Counted from the first letter of the stretch, positions 34,738-45,165 are shown. The stretch: 64,000 nt of DNA from an uncultured Gemmataceae bacterium (GCA_963750165.1 CAVVPN010000011.1:64001-128000); one strand, 5' to 3'. Program-made: numbers and translations. The notes: generated from the letters alone by a model not told the origin.

Positions 34738-34874
34738 GAGCCCTACAATCGCGGTGCGGCCGGCAACGTCGGCCTCGGTTCGATGGGTGGCGGAACCCGG
34801 AGAACCCTCGTCCTCGGACCGCCGAACGTAAGTTCTTATTTAAGCACAGGCTGGGGCCGCCGGGTCAAGGACGA

Positions 34875-34926
34875 TTTGCGTAATTCACCCGACCGTTTCC
34901 GCAAACGCTGGCCGCAGGACCGGAAA
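34875..34926. promoter_or_regulatory. Possible AraC/XylR-type operator (three degenerate repeats, 21-bp period)
   Basis: tttgcgtaat / tttccgcaaa / ggaccggaaa at 34875, 34896, 34917 between divergent genes. Confidence 0.3.
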
Positions 34927-35062
34927 TCTCCGTGCCCGGCGGATCGTGAAGGAGCGGTGGTTATGCGATGAGGGCTGCGTAAAGATCCGGAGAGAGAATC
35001 AGACAGCGATTCCCCCTACCACCCGACCCAGCATATAAAAATGGAAACGAGGGAGTCCGCTC

Positions 35063-36265
35063 ATGGCCGGGCAGCGGAAAACAGTGGCGGTGCTGATCGA
35101 CACGTCCAGCTCCTGGGGTTCGTGTCTCATTCAGGGCGTGGCGCGGTACGGGGAGCAGCACGGCGCCTGGACGCTGCATCTGGGCCAGCACGGCAAACAC
35201 GAGCTGCAATCGCTGCCGCAAGATGAGCGTCTCGACGGCTGCATTGCCCGTGTCACCAACGCCGCCCTGGCCGAGACGATTCGCGCGGCGCAACTGCCGA
35301 CGGTCAATGTGTCGTGGTCGCGGCACGGCGAGGGCCACATCCCGACCTGCACGGCGGACGGCCGCGCCGCTGGCGAACTGGCCGCCCGCTACTTCCTGGA
35401 GCGCGGCCACACGCAGTTCGGCTACTACGGTCTGCCGCCCTCGGCCACCTACCGCAACGACTTCCGCGACTCGTTCCTGGAGACCGTCGCCGGCGTCGGC
35501 CACCCCGCCACGGTGCTGGAGGCGCCGCACCTGACCTGCTGCGAGGAGGCGGTGCGGTCCCGGCAGTTGCGCGACTGGATCACGGCCCTGGAGAAGCCGG
35601 CCGCGGTGGTCGCCTTCGACTCCCGGTTCGGCCGCGAGGTGACCGAGGCGTGTGCGCACTCGGCGGTAAGGGTGCCCGAGGACGTGTCGGTGCTGGCCGG
35701 CGAGTTCGACGAGCTGTTCAGCAGCGTTTCGGTGCCGCGGCTCTCGGCCATCGACCTGGGACCGCGGCGCATCGGCTTCGAGGCGGCGGGACTGCTCGCC
35801 CGGTTGATGGACGGCGCCGCGGCTCCGGACGGCCCGGTGTTCATTGCGCCGACCGGCATCCTGGCGTACCAGTCCACGGACACGCTGGCCATTGCCGACC
35901 CGGTGCTGCGTGAGGCCCTGCACTACATCCGCGCCCACGCCGCCGACCCGATCCAGGTTACCGACGTGGTCAAGCACGTCGCCATGTCGCGGCGGCTGCT
36001 GGAGCAGCGCTTCCGCGTCGCGCTGAAGCGCTCGCCGGCCGCGGAAATCCGCCGCGTGCGTCTGGAACGTTCGCGACTGTTGCTGGAGGATCCCGGCCTG
36101 AGCATCCGCTCAGTGGCCACGCGCAGCGGCTTCGAGCACCCGGAGGTCTTCGCGCGCGTGTTCCGGCGGGAGTTCGGCGTCACGCCGTCGGACTATCGGC
36201 TGCGGGGGGCGCCGGACCTGCTCCGCTGTCTACCGGGCGAGCGGCCGGCGCCGGGGACGCTTTAA
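35063..36265 (+). CDS. XylR-family regulator (LacI-type sensor plus AraC HTH)
   Basis: VAVLIDTS..WG, VPEDVSV, SRRLLEQRF, SGF....F.RVFRREFGVTPSDYR. Confidence 0.92.
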   Translation: MAGQRKTVAVLIDTSSSWGSCLIQGVARYGEQHGAWTLHLGQHGKHELQSLPQDERLDGCIARVTNAALAETIRAAQLPTVNVSWSRHGEGHIPTCTADGRAAGELAARYFLERGHTQFGYYGLPPSATYRNDFRDSFLETVAGVGHPATVLEAPHLTCCEEAVRSRQLRDWITALEKPAAVVAFDSRFGREVTEACAHSAVRVPEDVSVLAGEFDELFSSVSVPRLSAIDLGPRRIGFEAAGLLARLMDGAAAPDGPVFIAPTGILAYQSTDTLAIADPVLREALHYIRAHAADPIQVTDVVKHVAMSRRLLEQRFRVALKRSPAAEIRRVRLERSRLLLEDPGLSIRSVATRSGFEHPEVFARVFRREFGVTPSDYRLRGAPDLLRCLPGERPAPGTL

Positions 36266-36292
36266 GCGTTGACGGACAAAACGCGCACGTCC

Positions 36293-36360
36293 GGCGAGCG
36301 GCGCGGCGTCAGCCCGCCGGTAACTCGAAGTACCGGCGGGCTGATGCCGCGCCGCTCGCC
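36293..36360. repeat. REP-like palindrome, family B (GGCGAGCGGCGCGGCGTCAGCCCGCCGGT)
   Basis: About 30-bp arms; copies at 55130-55197 and 58795-58862. Confidence 0.92.
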
Positions 36361-36423
36361 ACATGCCAGAGGCACACCTACCCCGTCCTGCCGCTCCGGG
36401 TCGCGCCGTGCCACCCACCGTGG

Positions 36424-36496
36424 GCCAGGCGATGACATCTCGACGTGTAAAAAAGTTGGCCCCCTTGGCCTCCTTGGCCCCCTTGCTCTGACAACC
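36424..36496 (-). repeat. 73-bp dispersed element with CCAAGGNNG nonamers
   Basis: Ungapped match to 45088-45160 (about 11 mismatches by manual alignment). Confidence 0.85.
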
Positions 36497-36544
36497 GACG
36501 CCCCACACTGACAGCCCGTGCCAGCTTTGGGAACGGCCCGCCCC

Positions 36545-37585
36545 TCACCGCGCCGCCGCTGCCCGTCGCATCAGCACGCCCAGCGCGTCCACCAGCGCCT
36601 CCAGCACCAGCACCAGTTGCACGTAGCGTTCGATCTGCGTCTCCGCTTCCAGGCAGCGCTCGATCATGTCGAGCAGTTGGTCTGCGTCCACACGCTCCGT
36701 CAGCGCCTGGAGGCGGCGCAGGTCGTCCGGTTCCGCCAGGCGCGGCGCCGTGCCCAGCGCCACCGCGACGGCGTCGCGCAGGAATTCGATGAGCAACCGC
36801 ACCACCAGGGCCGCGCGCCGCCGCTGCGCCGCCGACTCCTTGCCCGCCTCCTCGACGAACTCCATGAAGGCCCGGCTCAGCGCGACCACATCGGCGTCGG
36901 GCCGCACCAGTTGCTCCAGGAATGTTTCACGGAACGCCCACAATTCCGGATCCGCCAGCGCCAGCGCCTGACCGGGGCTGCCGTCCGCCAGTCGCGCCAG
37001 CCGCGGCACCAGCGCCGGGTCGAGGTCGGCGTGCTGCCGCAGCAGTTCCAGCACCAGCGGCCCCGGCAGCGGCGCGAAGCGCACCACCTGGCAGCGCGAC
37101 ACGATGGTCGAGAGTTGTCGTTCCAGGCTGGTGCCGATCAGGATGAACAGCGACCGCGGCGGCGGTTCTTCGAGTGTCTTGAGGAAGCAGTTGGCCGAGG
37201 CGTCGTTGAGGTCGTCGGCGTCGTCGAGGACAGCGATTTTGCCGTGACCGCGGGCAGTCCTGAGCGTGAAGCCGCGGCACAGTTCGCGCATCACTTCGAT
37301 GGGCACGTCATTGCTATCCGGCGGCCGGCCGACCAGGAAAAAGTCGGGGTGCGTGCCGCCGTCCATGAAGTGGCAACTGGGACAGGCGTCGCAGGCGGCT
37401 AGCGGCGCGTCGGGATCGGGGCGGCCCTCGCACAGCAGCGCCCGGGCCAGTTCCTCGGCGAACCGGCGCTTGCCGACGCCGGGCGGCCCGGTGAACAGGT
37501 AGGCGTGCGCCAGCCGGCCGCGCCGCCAGATTTGGTCAAACGCTTCCACCTGGGCCGGATGGCCGCGCACGCGCTGCCAGGACAC
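36545..37585 (-). CDS. holB: DNA polymerase III subunit delta'
   Basis: HAYLFTGPPGVGK, LLC...ACDACPSC, HPDF, ANCFLKTLEEPP, TIVSRC. Confidence 0.95.
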   Translation of the reverse strand: MSWQRVRGHPAQVEAFDQIWRRGRLAHAYLFTGPPGVGKRRFAEELARALLCEGRPDPDAPLAACDACPSCHFMDGGTHPDFFLVGRPPDSNDVPIEVMRELCRGFTLRTARGHGKIAVLDDADDLNDASANCFLKTLEEPPPRSLFILIGTSLERQLSTIVSRCQVVRFAPLPGPLVLELLRQHADLDPALVPRLARLADGSPGQALALADPELWAFRETFLEQLVRPDADVVALSRAFMEFVEEAGKESAAQRRRAALVVRLLIEFLRDAVAVALGTAPRLAEPDDLRRLQALTERVDADQLLDMIERCLEAETQIERYVQLVLVLEALVDALGVLMRRAAAAR

Positions 37586-38185
37586 GCTCCACCTCCTGTC
37601 GAATCAGTTGCTGGACCTCCTCCACCGAGCCGGCGGCGTTGAGCAGGCGCACGCGGTCGGGCCGTCGCCGGGCCTCCAGGATGAACCCCTGCCGCACCTT
37701 GAGGTGATAGGTTTCGTCGCGGCTCTCCACGCGATCCGCCGGCCGGTCGCGCCGCGCCAGCGCCAGCTCGACGGGCAGGTCGAGCACCAGCGTCACATCT
37801 GGCTCCAGGCCGCCGGTCGCCAGGTAGCCGACGTGCCACAATTCGTCCACATCAAGGCCGCCGGCGTAACCCTGGTAGACGACGTTGGCGAGCAGGTAGC
37901 GGTCGGAGACGACGACGTGCCCGGCGTCCAGGGCGGGGCGGATGACCTCGGTGGTCAACTGGCGCGGCTGGCCATGAACAGGAACATCTCCGCGGCCGGC
38001 GTCAGGGGCTCGCGACTGTCGAGGATGATGGCGCGGAGGCGGTCGCCGAGGGCGGTACCGCCGGGTTCGCGGCAGGCGACGACCGTTTCACCGCGGGCGC
38101 GCAGCCAGTCCACCAGCAACCGGCACTGGGTGGACTTGCCGGTGCCGTCGAGGCCGTCCAGGCACAGGAAGAGGCCACGGGACAT
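37536..38185 (-). CDS. tmk: Thymidylate kinase; frameshift near 37961
   Basis: DGLDGTGKST, REPGGT, LFMASRA(Q), SDRY...VYQG. Confidence 0.92.
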
Positions 38186-38304
38186 GCGGTAGTTCCAGGG
38201 CGATTCGTTCCTTCGCTCGCGCCGCCGTACAAACAACTCAGCCCGGCGGGCCGGGCGGAGGTTGTGTTTGATAGAGTGCTCCCTGAGCTATTCTATTCTG
38301 AGAT

Positions 38305-39746
38305 TCACATCAGTCCGCTGATTGGTTCGCCGTGGTAGATGAAGTGCGGCCGGTTGGCCGGGTCGTGCCAGGCGGCAGTGCGCGGGATGCCCAGCGCCTC
38401 GTAAATCGTCGCGCCGAGGTTCTCCGGCGTATGCGGGCAGGTCGCGGGATAGGCGCCAATGCGATCCGACGAGCCGACCACCGTGCCGCCGCGCACGCCG
38501 CCGCCCGCGAAGAACACCGTCTGCACCGCCCCCCAGTGGTCGCGCCCGGCAGCCGCACGCCCGCCAGTGTGAAGACCCGCGGCGTCCGTCCGAACTCGCC
38601 CGCCATCACGATCAGCGTCTCGTCCAGCAGGCCCGCCGCTTGCAGGTCGTCCAGCAGCGCCGACACCGCCCGGTCGGTTGGCGGCAACAGCTTGTCGCGC
38701 AGGTTCGGGAACGCCGCCTGGTGCGTGTCCCACGTCTCATTATTGCCCAGGTGGACCTGCACCAGATTGACACCCGCCTCCACCAGCCGCCGGGCCATCA
38801 GCAGCGAGTAGCCGAACAGGTTGCGGCCGTAGCGCTCCAGCACCGGCGCCGGACTATTCAGCACATCGAAGGCCCGCCGTGTCCGCGGGTCCGCCAGCAG
38901 GCTGAGTGCGTTCTGGCGATGGCGGTCTAGCGCCTGCGTGCTCGCCTGCCGCTCCAGGTCGCGGCGCTGGGCGTCGATGTGGTTCAGCAGGCCGAGGCGA
39001 TCCGTCAGCCGGCGGGCGCTGAGGTTATCCGGCAGCGTCAGATTCGGGGCCTGGAAGGTCAGGTGCGGCGGGTGCGTGTGCGGCACCTGGTCGTGGCGGA
39101 AGCAGTTGGGACAGGGGCCGTAGACGGCCTCGCCACAATCGTGGGCGGCGCGGACCACCCACGGATCCCAGCGTGGCCCCAGCTGGCCGGCGAACTGGCC
39201 GGGGATGACGCGGCCGGTGCGATGCACCAGCGTGAACGGCAGCACCACCGCCGGCGGCAGGTTGTGGCGCGGCTGCGTGGCGTAGCCGGCCACCGCCGCG
39301 ATGGACGGCCAATCGCCTGGCAGCGGCGTGTTCTGATTGAAGCCCGGCGGCAGCGGTGTGCGGCCGGTCATCATCATGTGATGCCCCATCGAGTGGTTGT
39401 TGCTCGGGTGCGTCAGCGACCTGCACAGCGCCCACAGGTGGCTGCGCTGCGCCAGCAACGGCAAGTGCTCGCAGATGTGGACGCCCGGCGTGCGCGTGGC
39501 GGTGGGCCGGAATTCGCCGCGGATCGTGTCGGGGGCATTGGGCTTCAGATCGAAGCTGTCGTGCTGGGCCAGGCCGCCGGACAGGAAAATATAGATGATG
39601 CGGCGAGCGGCCGGCGTCCGGGCAGGCGGCTGGTCGGCGTGCAGGGCGGCCAGGTCGCCGGAGCCCAGGCCGAGCAGACCGACGGTGCCGGCCTGGAGCA
39701 ACGTGCGTCGGGAAAACTGCGGGTGTTGCGGCTGGTTGGCGGACAC
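38305..39746 (-). CDS. DUF1501 protein (Tat-like leader); frameshift near 38545
   Basis: SRRTLLQAG, FLSGG.AQHDSFDLKP, WDTH, GEFGRTP, GRDHW, GG.VVGSSD. Confidence 0.9.
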
Positions 39747-40164
39747 CGAGGCACCTCGTCGGTGGGAAGGTTCAGGGGCTACGGCGGGCTTCTCCTTGCA
39801 GCGTAATGCACGCGGCGGCGGTCGTGCAACGGAATAATGCCCGCGAAACAAAAACGGGCTCGGCAGCCTGGCGCCTGACCAGCGCCTGTCTCCCGCCTGA
39901 GGGCGATTTGCTCGTGGCGTCGTACACGGAGAATCCGTACGTCGGACTTGTGGCGGGTCAGTCCACGGACTGGTAGGATTATCATCAAATGTCGGTGATT
40001 TATCGCAAACAGGGTCGTCCGGTGCCGCAGTGTTGGCAGGGGAAGGTACCGGCTTGCACGGAGGCGACGGCGACTCACGCCCAGGGACGAAACCGCAAGA
40101 AGCAGTGCCGGCCCGGCGGTGGCGGTGGTACAATGGCATGCACGATTTTCTGGAGGGCATCGTC

Positions 40165-40529
40165 ATGACCACCGTGCTGGCCGTTTACGAAGGGGGCGTG
40201 CTGCGCCCGCGCAGCCGCTGCCGATTGCCGATGGGGAAACCGTTGAAGTCACCGTCGCCCAATCGAAGTTGCCGGCGGGTGAGTGGGAGCGGCAAATCCG
40301 CGCTGCCAAAACGATTCAGGAATGGGTCGCGCTGGCGAACGCTTGCCCGGACACGGCATCCGACTTCGACATCGTTCAGGCGCTGAACGATTCCCGCCGG
40401 CTGACCGGGTTCCGGTTACCCGATCCCGAACCGAATCAGGGATGGGTCGTGAAACCGGTTGTGGTGCTTGATACTGGCCCCCTCGGATTCCTGACCAACC
40501 CGGATCCGAACGGAAGAAATGAGGAATGA
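40165..40529 (+). pseudogene. DUF104/AF2212-like antitoxin (frameshift near 40207) followed by a truncated PIN toxin stub
   Basis: AVYEGGVLRP.QPLP..DGETVEVTV; from GTG 40449, VKPVVVLDTGPLGFLTNP ends at a heptamer array. Confidence 0.7.
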
Positions 40530-40584
40530 GGAATCAAAACCAATCCTTTGTCTTTGATTCCTCATTCTTCATTCCTCATTTCTT
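40514..40584. repeat. Inverted heptamer tandem array (AATGAGG)n...(CCTCATT)n
   Basis: Contains the stop codons of both convergent ORFs (40527-40529 and 40576-40578). Confidence 0.88.
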
Positions 40585-41682
40585 TTTTGACACCTCGCAG
40601 TAGCTCAGCGCCAGCAGCGCAAACGACGTGGCGATGTTCGGGTCCGCCTCGCCGAAGGTCTTGTCCGTCTTGTTGCTCCAGCCGCCGTTCTTCTCCTGGC
40701 GCTTTTGCAGCGTCTGGAACAACTCCGTCCGCCAGGCGTGCTTCTTGCCGTCGGCGTCGGTGAACGGATCCTCGCCCAGCGCGTCCATCGCCTTGGCGAA
40801 GGTGTGGTAGTAGTAATACACGCCGCTCTGTCCCAGGCCGGGGTTCTCGCTCAGCGTGTAGTGCTTGCGGACCCACTGCACCGCCGCCTTGACGCGCACG
40901 TCTTCCTTGCTGACGCCGGCGTAGAGGAAGCTCTTCAGGCCGCCGTAGGTCATGCCGCCCGAGGAACGCAGGCCGCCGGCCGGCGTCGCGTGTTGCTTGT
41001 CGTCCGGGTCCGGCGCGTAGACGAAGCCGCCCAGATCGTCCTTGGACGCCTTGCGTGCCCAGCCCTGCTTGTTGTGCTCGCCCGGCAGATTCTGGCAGTT
41101 GCTGATGAACTTCAGCGCGTTCAGGATCGCCGGGTCCTTCTTGTCGATGCCCGCCGCAAGCATGGCCTCGACGCTGAAGTTGGTGTTCGACAGGTCCGGC
41201 CGCGACTTCTTGTCGTAGCCGAAGCCGCCGAAGAGGTTGGGCTTGTCCTCGCCGTGCTGGATGCCCTTGATGAAGTCGCCCGCGTTCTTGATGACATCGT
41301 CGTACTGGCCGCTCTTGTTCGCCTCCTTGAACGCCACGATGGCGATGCTCGTGGTGTAGTTGGCCAGGATCTTGTCATAGACGCCGCCGTCCTTCTGGAC
41401 CTTGCTCTTGAGGTAGCCTAGCGCCTTGACGACGACCGGCTCCTTCCGGCTGACGCCGTTCTTGAGCAGCGCCGCGACCACCAGCGCCGTCACGCCCGGC
41501 CCGGTGCGCTTGGCGGAGAAACTGCCGTCCGCGTCCTGCCGCGTCCGCAGGAACGCCAGCCCCTTGTCAAGCACCTGTTGGCGGTCCTTGGCATCGACTT
41601 TTTGCGGCGCGGCGCCCGCGCTCAGGACGCCACCGCTGAAGGCCAGTCCACTGAGCAATCCCGCAAGCCAGACGTGTCTCAT
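40576..41682 (-). CDS. Secreted prenyltransferase/squalene-oxidase repeat protein
   Basis: Signal peptide; FL..RQDADGSF, QKDGG, GGFGY, QEKNGGW repeats. Confidence 0.88.
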   Translation of the reverse strand: MRHVWLAGLLSGLAFSGGVLSAGAAPQKVDAKDRQQVLDKGLAFLRTRQDADGSFSAKRTGPGVTALVVAALLKNGVSRKEPVVVKALGYLKSKVQKDGGVYDKILANYTTSIAIVAFKEANKSGQYDDVIKNAGDFIKGIQHGEDKPNLFGGFGYDKKSRPDLSNTNFSVEAMLAAGIDKKDPAILNALKFISNCQNLPGEHNKQGWARKASKDDLGGFVYAPDPDDKQHATPAGGLRSSGGMTYGGLKSFLYAGVSKEDVRVKAAVQWVRKHYTLSENPGLGQSGVYYYYHTFAKAMDALGEDPFTDADGKKHAWRTELFQTLQKRQEKNGGWSNKTDKTFGEADPNIATSFALLALSYCEVSKKK

Positions 41683-41724
41683 CGCCTTCTCCTCGGGGTT
41701 CACGGTCGTTTCGGATAGCACCCA

Positions 41725-41740
41725 TGCAAGCCGCGTGCCG
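41725..41740 (-). promoter_or_regulatory. Sigma54 (-24/-12) promoter
   Basis: CGGCACGCGGCTTGCA matches YGGCACG-N4-TTGCW, 43 nt upstream of the start codon. Confidence 0.7.
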
Positions 41741-41741
41741 G

Positions 41742-41793
41742 GGTCGAAGCCCGAGCGCCAGCGAGGGGCAGCGCTGGCGCTCGGGCTCCGACC
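41742..41793. repeat. REP-like palindrome, family C
   Basis: 22-bp arms matching 4179-4239. Confidence 0.85.
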
Positions 41794-41898
41794 GCGCACG
41801 CCCTCGCCAGTCCTGCCGAATCTTTCGCCAGCCTTGCCCAGCTTCGTGCTGGCGGTGCGCTTGTAGCGATCCGGCGAATTGTCTATACTCTACCAAAG

Positions 41899-43643
41899 AT
41901 GCCAGCTGACACCACCGGGGCGGAGAAAACGTTGTCTCCTCGACGGCGCATTTTGGTGTTCGAGAGTGCCGGCCAGCCCTCGAACACTCCCCTGGACCCT
42001 GGCCGCGAAAACCTGGACCTGGTGCGCGTCAGCAACGTGGCCGAGGGGTTGGCGTTGCTGCGCCAGCAGACCTTCGATGGCGTTTACCTCAGCCCGCACG
42101 ACACGACGGTCTGGGAGCGGGCCGGCTCGCTGTTGCAGGCCGACTACATCCTCGAAGTGATCAGTGATGGCGTCGCCCTGGTCAACCCGGACCTGCGTGT
42201 CAGCTGGGCCAACCTGACCTTCGAGCGCTGGGCGGGCGGCTACGCCCGGGGCCGCAGTTTCTACGAGGCCCTCGGCTCTCCAGAGATTTTAGGTCCGGAC
42301 TACTGTCCCTTCCACACGGCCCTGGCCGGCAGGGCCGCCACCACCCGCCTGCACCGCCGTGACAACCACTACATCGAACTGCACGCCACCCCCGTCTTCG
42401 ACAACTCCGGCAAGGTCGGCCAGATCATCACCCTGGCCCGCGACGTGACGCCGTTGATGCAGCAGCAGCAGAAGCTCGACGCCCTGCACAAGGCTGGCCG
42501 TGAACTGGCCGCCCTGTCCGCCGCCCAGCTCGCCGAGATGAGCGTCGAGGAACGCATCGAGCTGCTCAAGCAGAACATCCGCCACTACACCCACGACCTG
42601 CTGCACTACGACGTGATCGAAATCCGCCTGCTCGACCGCCAGAGCGGCCGCCTGGAACCACTGCTGGAAGAGGGCATGACGCCCGAGGCGGCCGGCCGCA
42701 TGCTGTTCGCGAAGGCGGAGGGCAACGGCGTCACCGGCTTCGTCGCCGCCACCGGCAAGAGCTATCTCTGCCCCGACACCACCGTCGATCCGCTCTACCT
42801 CGAAGGCGCCCAGGGGCGCGGTCATCGCTGACGGTGGCGCTGACGGTCGGCGATCAGGTGATTGGCACCTTCAACGTCGAGAGCCCGAACGCCGGCGGCT
42901 TCGGCGAACAGGACCTGCAGTTCGCGGAAATCTTCAGCCGAGAGATCGCCCAGGCGCTGCACACGCTGGAACTGCTGTCGGCGGAGAAGCACCATGCCAC
43001 GTCGCAGTCCATCGAGGCGATCAACCGCGAGGTGGCGCTGCCGGTGGACGAGATTTTGAACACGACCAGCGACGTGCTCGACCGCTACATCGGCCACGAG
43101 CCGGAGCTGACCGAGAAGCTGCGGCTGATCCTGGCCAGCGCCCGGGCGATCAAGCAGTGCATCAACAAGGTCGGTGAGGACATGGCGCCGGCGGGCAGTC
43201 TGTTCGGGCCGGAGCCGGAGATGCACCCGCGGCTGAAGGGGCTGCGTGTGCTGGTGGTGGACAACGACGAGCGCGTGCGCCGCTCGGCGCACAGCCTGCT
43301 GGGCCGCTTCGGCTGCGTGGTCGAGACGGCCCGCGACGGCCAGCAGGCAATGACCATGGCGCGGCTCGGCGCCTACGATGCCATGCTGGCCGACATCCGG
43401 CTGCCGGACATGAGCGGCTACGAGGTGTTCCACCGGCTGCGCGAGGCGCAGCCGCAGGCGCGCGTTATCCTGATGACGGCGTTCGGCTACGACCCGTCGC
43501 ACTCGATCGTCAAGGCCCGGCAGGAGGGGCTGCGGTGCGTGCTGTACAAGCCGTTCCGCGTCGATCAGATGCTGGCGGCGCTGGAGGGCCCCGAGCCGGA
43601 CTCGAGCCGGGACGGGGCTGGCAACCAGGTCGTCAAGGCGTGA
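41899..43643 (+). CDS. PAS-GAF-receiver signalling protein; frameshift near 42813
   Basis: PAS (DGVALVN...WAN), GAF (GVTGFVAATGKSY, IGTFNVES), REC (VLVVDN, DIRLPDMSG, MTAFG, KPF). Confidence 0.85.
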
Positions 43644-43651
43644 GTCCCGGC

Positions 43652-44890
43652 ATGACGATGACCCTGCTGGCGGCCGAGCCGTTGTTCGAGTTCCTGCCGG
43701 GCAGTCCGGCCGGTTCGGCCCTGCTCTGGCTGCTGTTCCTGGCCGCCTGCCTCGGCCACGCCATTTTCGCGGTGGTCAGCCTGAACTGCATCTACGGCTG
43801 CAATCTGCCACACCAGCTCCTGAGTCACCTGCGCAAGCTCGATGGTCTGGTGGTGCTGGCCGGGCCGGTGCTGTTCTGGTTCGCCTTCGGCCAGGCGTGG
43901 GCGCTCGGCACCGACGAGGCGGACTTCGCCCACCGACTGCTGCCCGCTTATGTCGTGCTGTGCTGGCTGACGACGTTCGTCGCCTTCCCGCTGACGACGG
44001 TGCGCCGGCTGCTGCGCCGCACCCCGGCGGTGCTGCGCGGCAACCACAGTCAGGTGATCGACGTGGCGCGCGAACTTGGCTACAAGCCGGTCGGCCACGG
44101 CAAGCACCGGCGGGCGGCGCGGCTGCCGTTCAACCAGGTGTTCCAGGTCGAGTTCGCCGAGCGCGAGTTTTGTCTGCCGCGGCTGCCGGCCGCGTGGGAC
44201 GGACTGACGATCCTGCACCTGAGCGATCTACACTTTTGCGGCACACCGGACCGCGACTTTTACCGCGTGGTGCTGGACCGCTGCCGGGCGTGGCAGGCGG
44301 ACATCGTGGCCGTCACCGGCGACGTGGTGGACAGCAGCTGGCACCACCGCTGGGTGATTCCGCTGCTGGGCCGGCTGCACTGGAACGTGGCGGCGTTCGC
44401 GATCCTGGGCAATCACGACAGCTGGCGCGACGTGCCGCGCATCCGCAAGCGGCTGGCGCGGGTGGGGCTGGACAACCTCGGCAACGGCTGGCGGGTTCTG
44501 GACGTGCGCGGCGAGCCACTGGTGGTGGTGGGCCACGAGGGACCGTGGATCGGGCCGCCACCGGACCTGAGCGGTTGTCCGGAGGGGCCGTTTCGGCTGT
44601 GCCTGAGCCATACGCCGGACAACATCCGCTGGGCGCGGCGACACAAGATGGACCTGATGCTGGCGGGGCACGTCCACGGTGGCCAGATTCGGCTGCCGGT
44701 GGTGGGCTCGATCTTCGTGCCGAGCCGGTACAGCCGGAAGTACGACTGCGGCACCTTCGACGAGGAGCCGACGCTGCTGCACGTCAGCCGCGGTTTGGCG
44801 GGACAGCACCCGCTGCGCTTCAACTGCCGGCCGGAGGTGACGCTGCTACGGCTGCGCAGCGCGGACAAGGAAAAAGACTCGCCTTCATGA
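43652..44890 (+). CDS. Membrane-anchored metallophosphoesterase (YkuE-like)
   Basis: Three TM helices; HLSDLH, TGD, GNHD, LSH.PD, GHVHGGQ. Confidence 0.92.
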   Translation: MTMTLLAAEPLFEFLPGSPAGSALLWLLFLAACLGHAIFAVVSLNCIYGCNLPHQLLSHLRKLDGLVVLAGPVLFWFAFGQAWALGTDEADFAHRLLPAYVVLCWLTTFVAFPLTTVRRLLRRTPAVLRGNHSQVIDVARELGYKPVGHGKHRRAARLPFNQVFQVEFAEREFCLPRLPAAWDGLTILHLSDLHFCGTPDRDFYRVVLDRCRAWQADIVAVTGDVVDSSWHHRWVIPLLGRLHWNVAAFAILGNHDSWRDVPRIRKRLARVGLDNLGNGWRVLDVRGEPLVVVGHEGPWIGPPPDLSGCPEGPFRLCLSHTPDNIRWARRHKMDLMLAGHVHGGQIRLPVVGSIFVPSRYSRKYDCGTFDEEPTLLHVSRGLAGQHPLRFNCRPEVTLLRLRSADKEKDSPS

Positions 44891-45087
44891 TCGGCCTCAT
44901 GGCCGTGTCGCCCGGCCCGTCAACGTACACGATCCCGGTCCACGAACTGACACGCTCATCGCGAACGCCTTCTTCGCTGGGGGATTCCAAGGGATCACTG
45001 GAGGCGCTCACGGCAAGGGCGCCAGGGCTCACGCCACCTGCGCCCGGCCGCTGTCCCCGTTGGCAACGGCAGGCGTCGCGCGGCGGG

Positions 45088-45160
45088 GTTTGTCAAATCA
45101 AGGACGCCAAGGATGCCAAGGACGCCAACTTTTTCATACGTCGAGATGTCATCCCCTGGC
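45088..45160 (+). repeat. 73-bp dispersed element with CCAAGGAYG nonamers
   Basis: Second copy of 36424-36496. Confidence 0.85.
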
Positions 45161-45165
45161 ACCGT

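Noticed and set aside
39860..39980. Glycine-riboswitch-like fragment (GAGCAAA...CTCAGGC) upstream of the DUF1501 gene
   Set aside because: Lacks the GGAGA and CCGAAG core and is not upstream of glycine genes.
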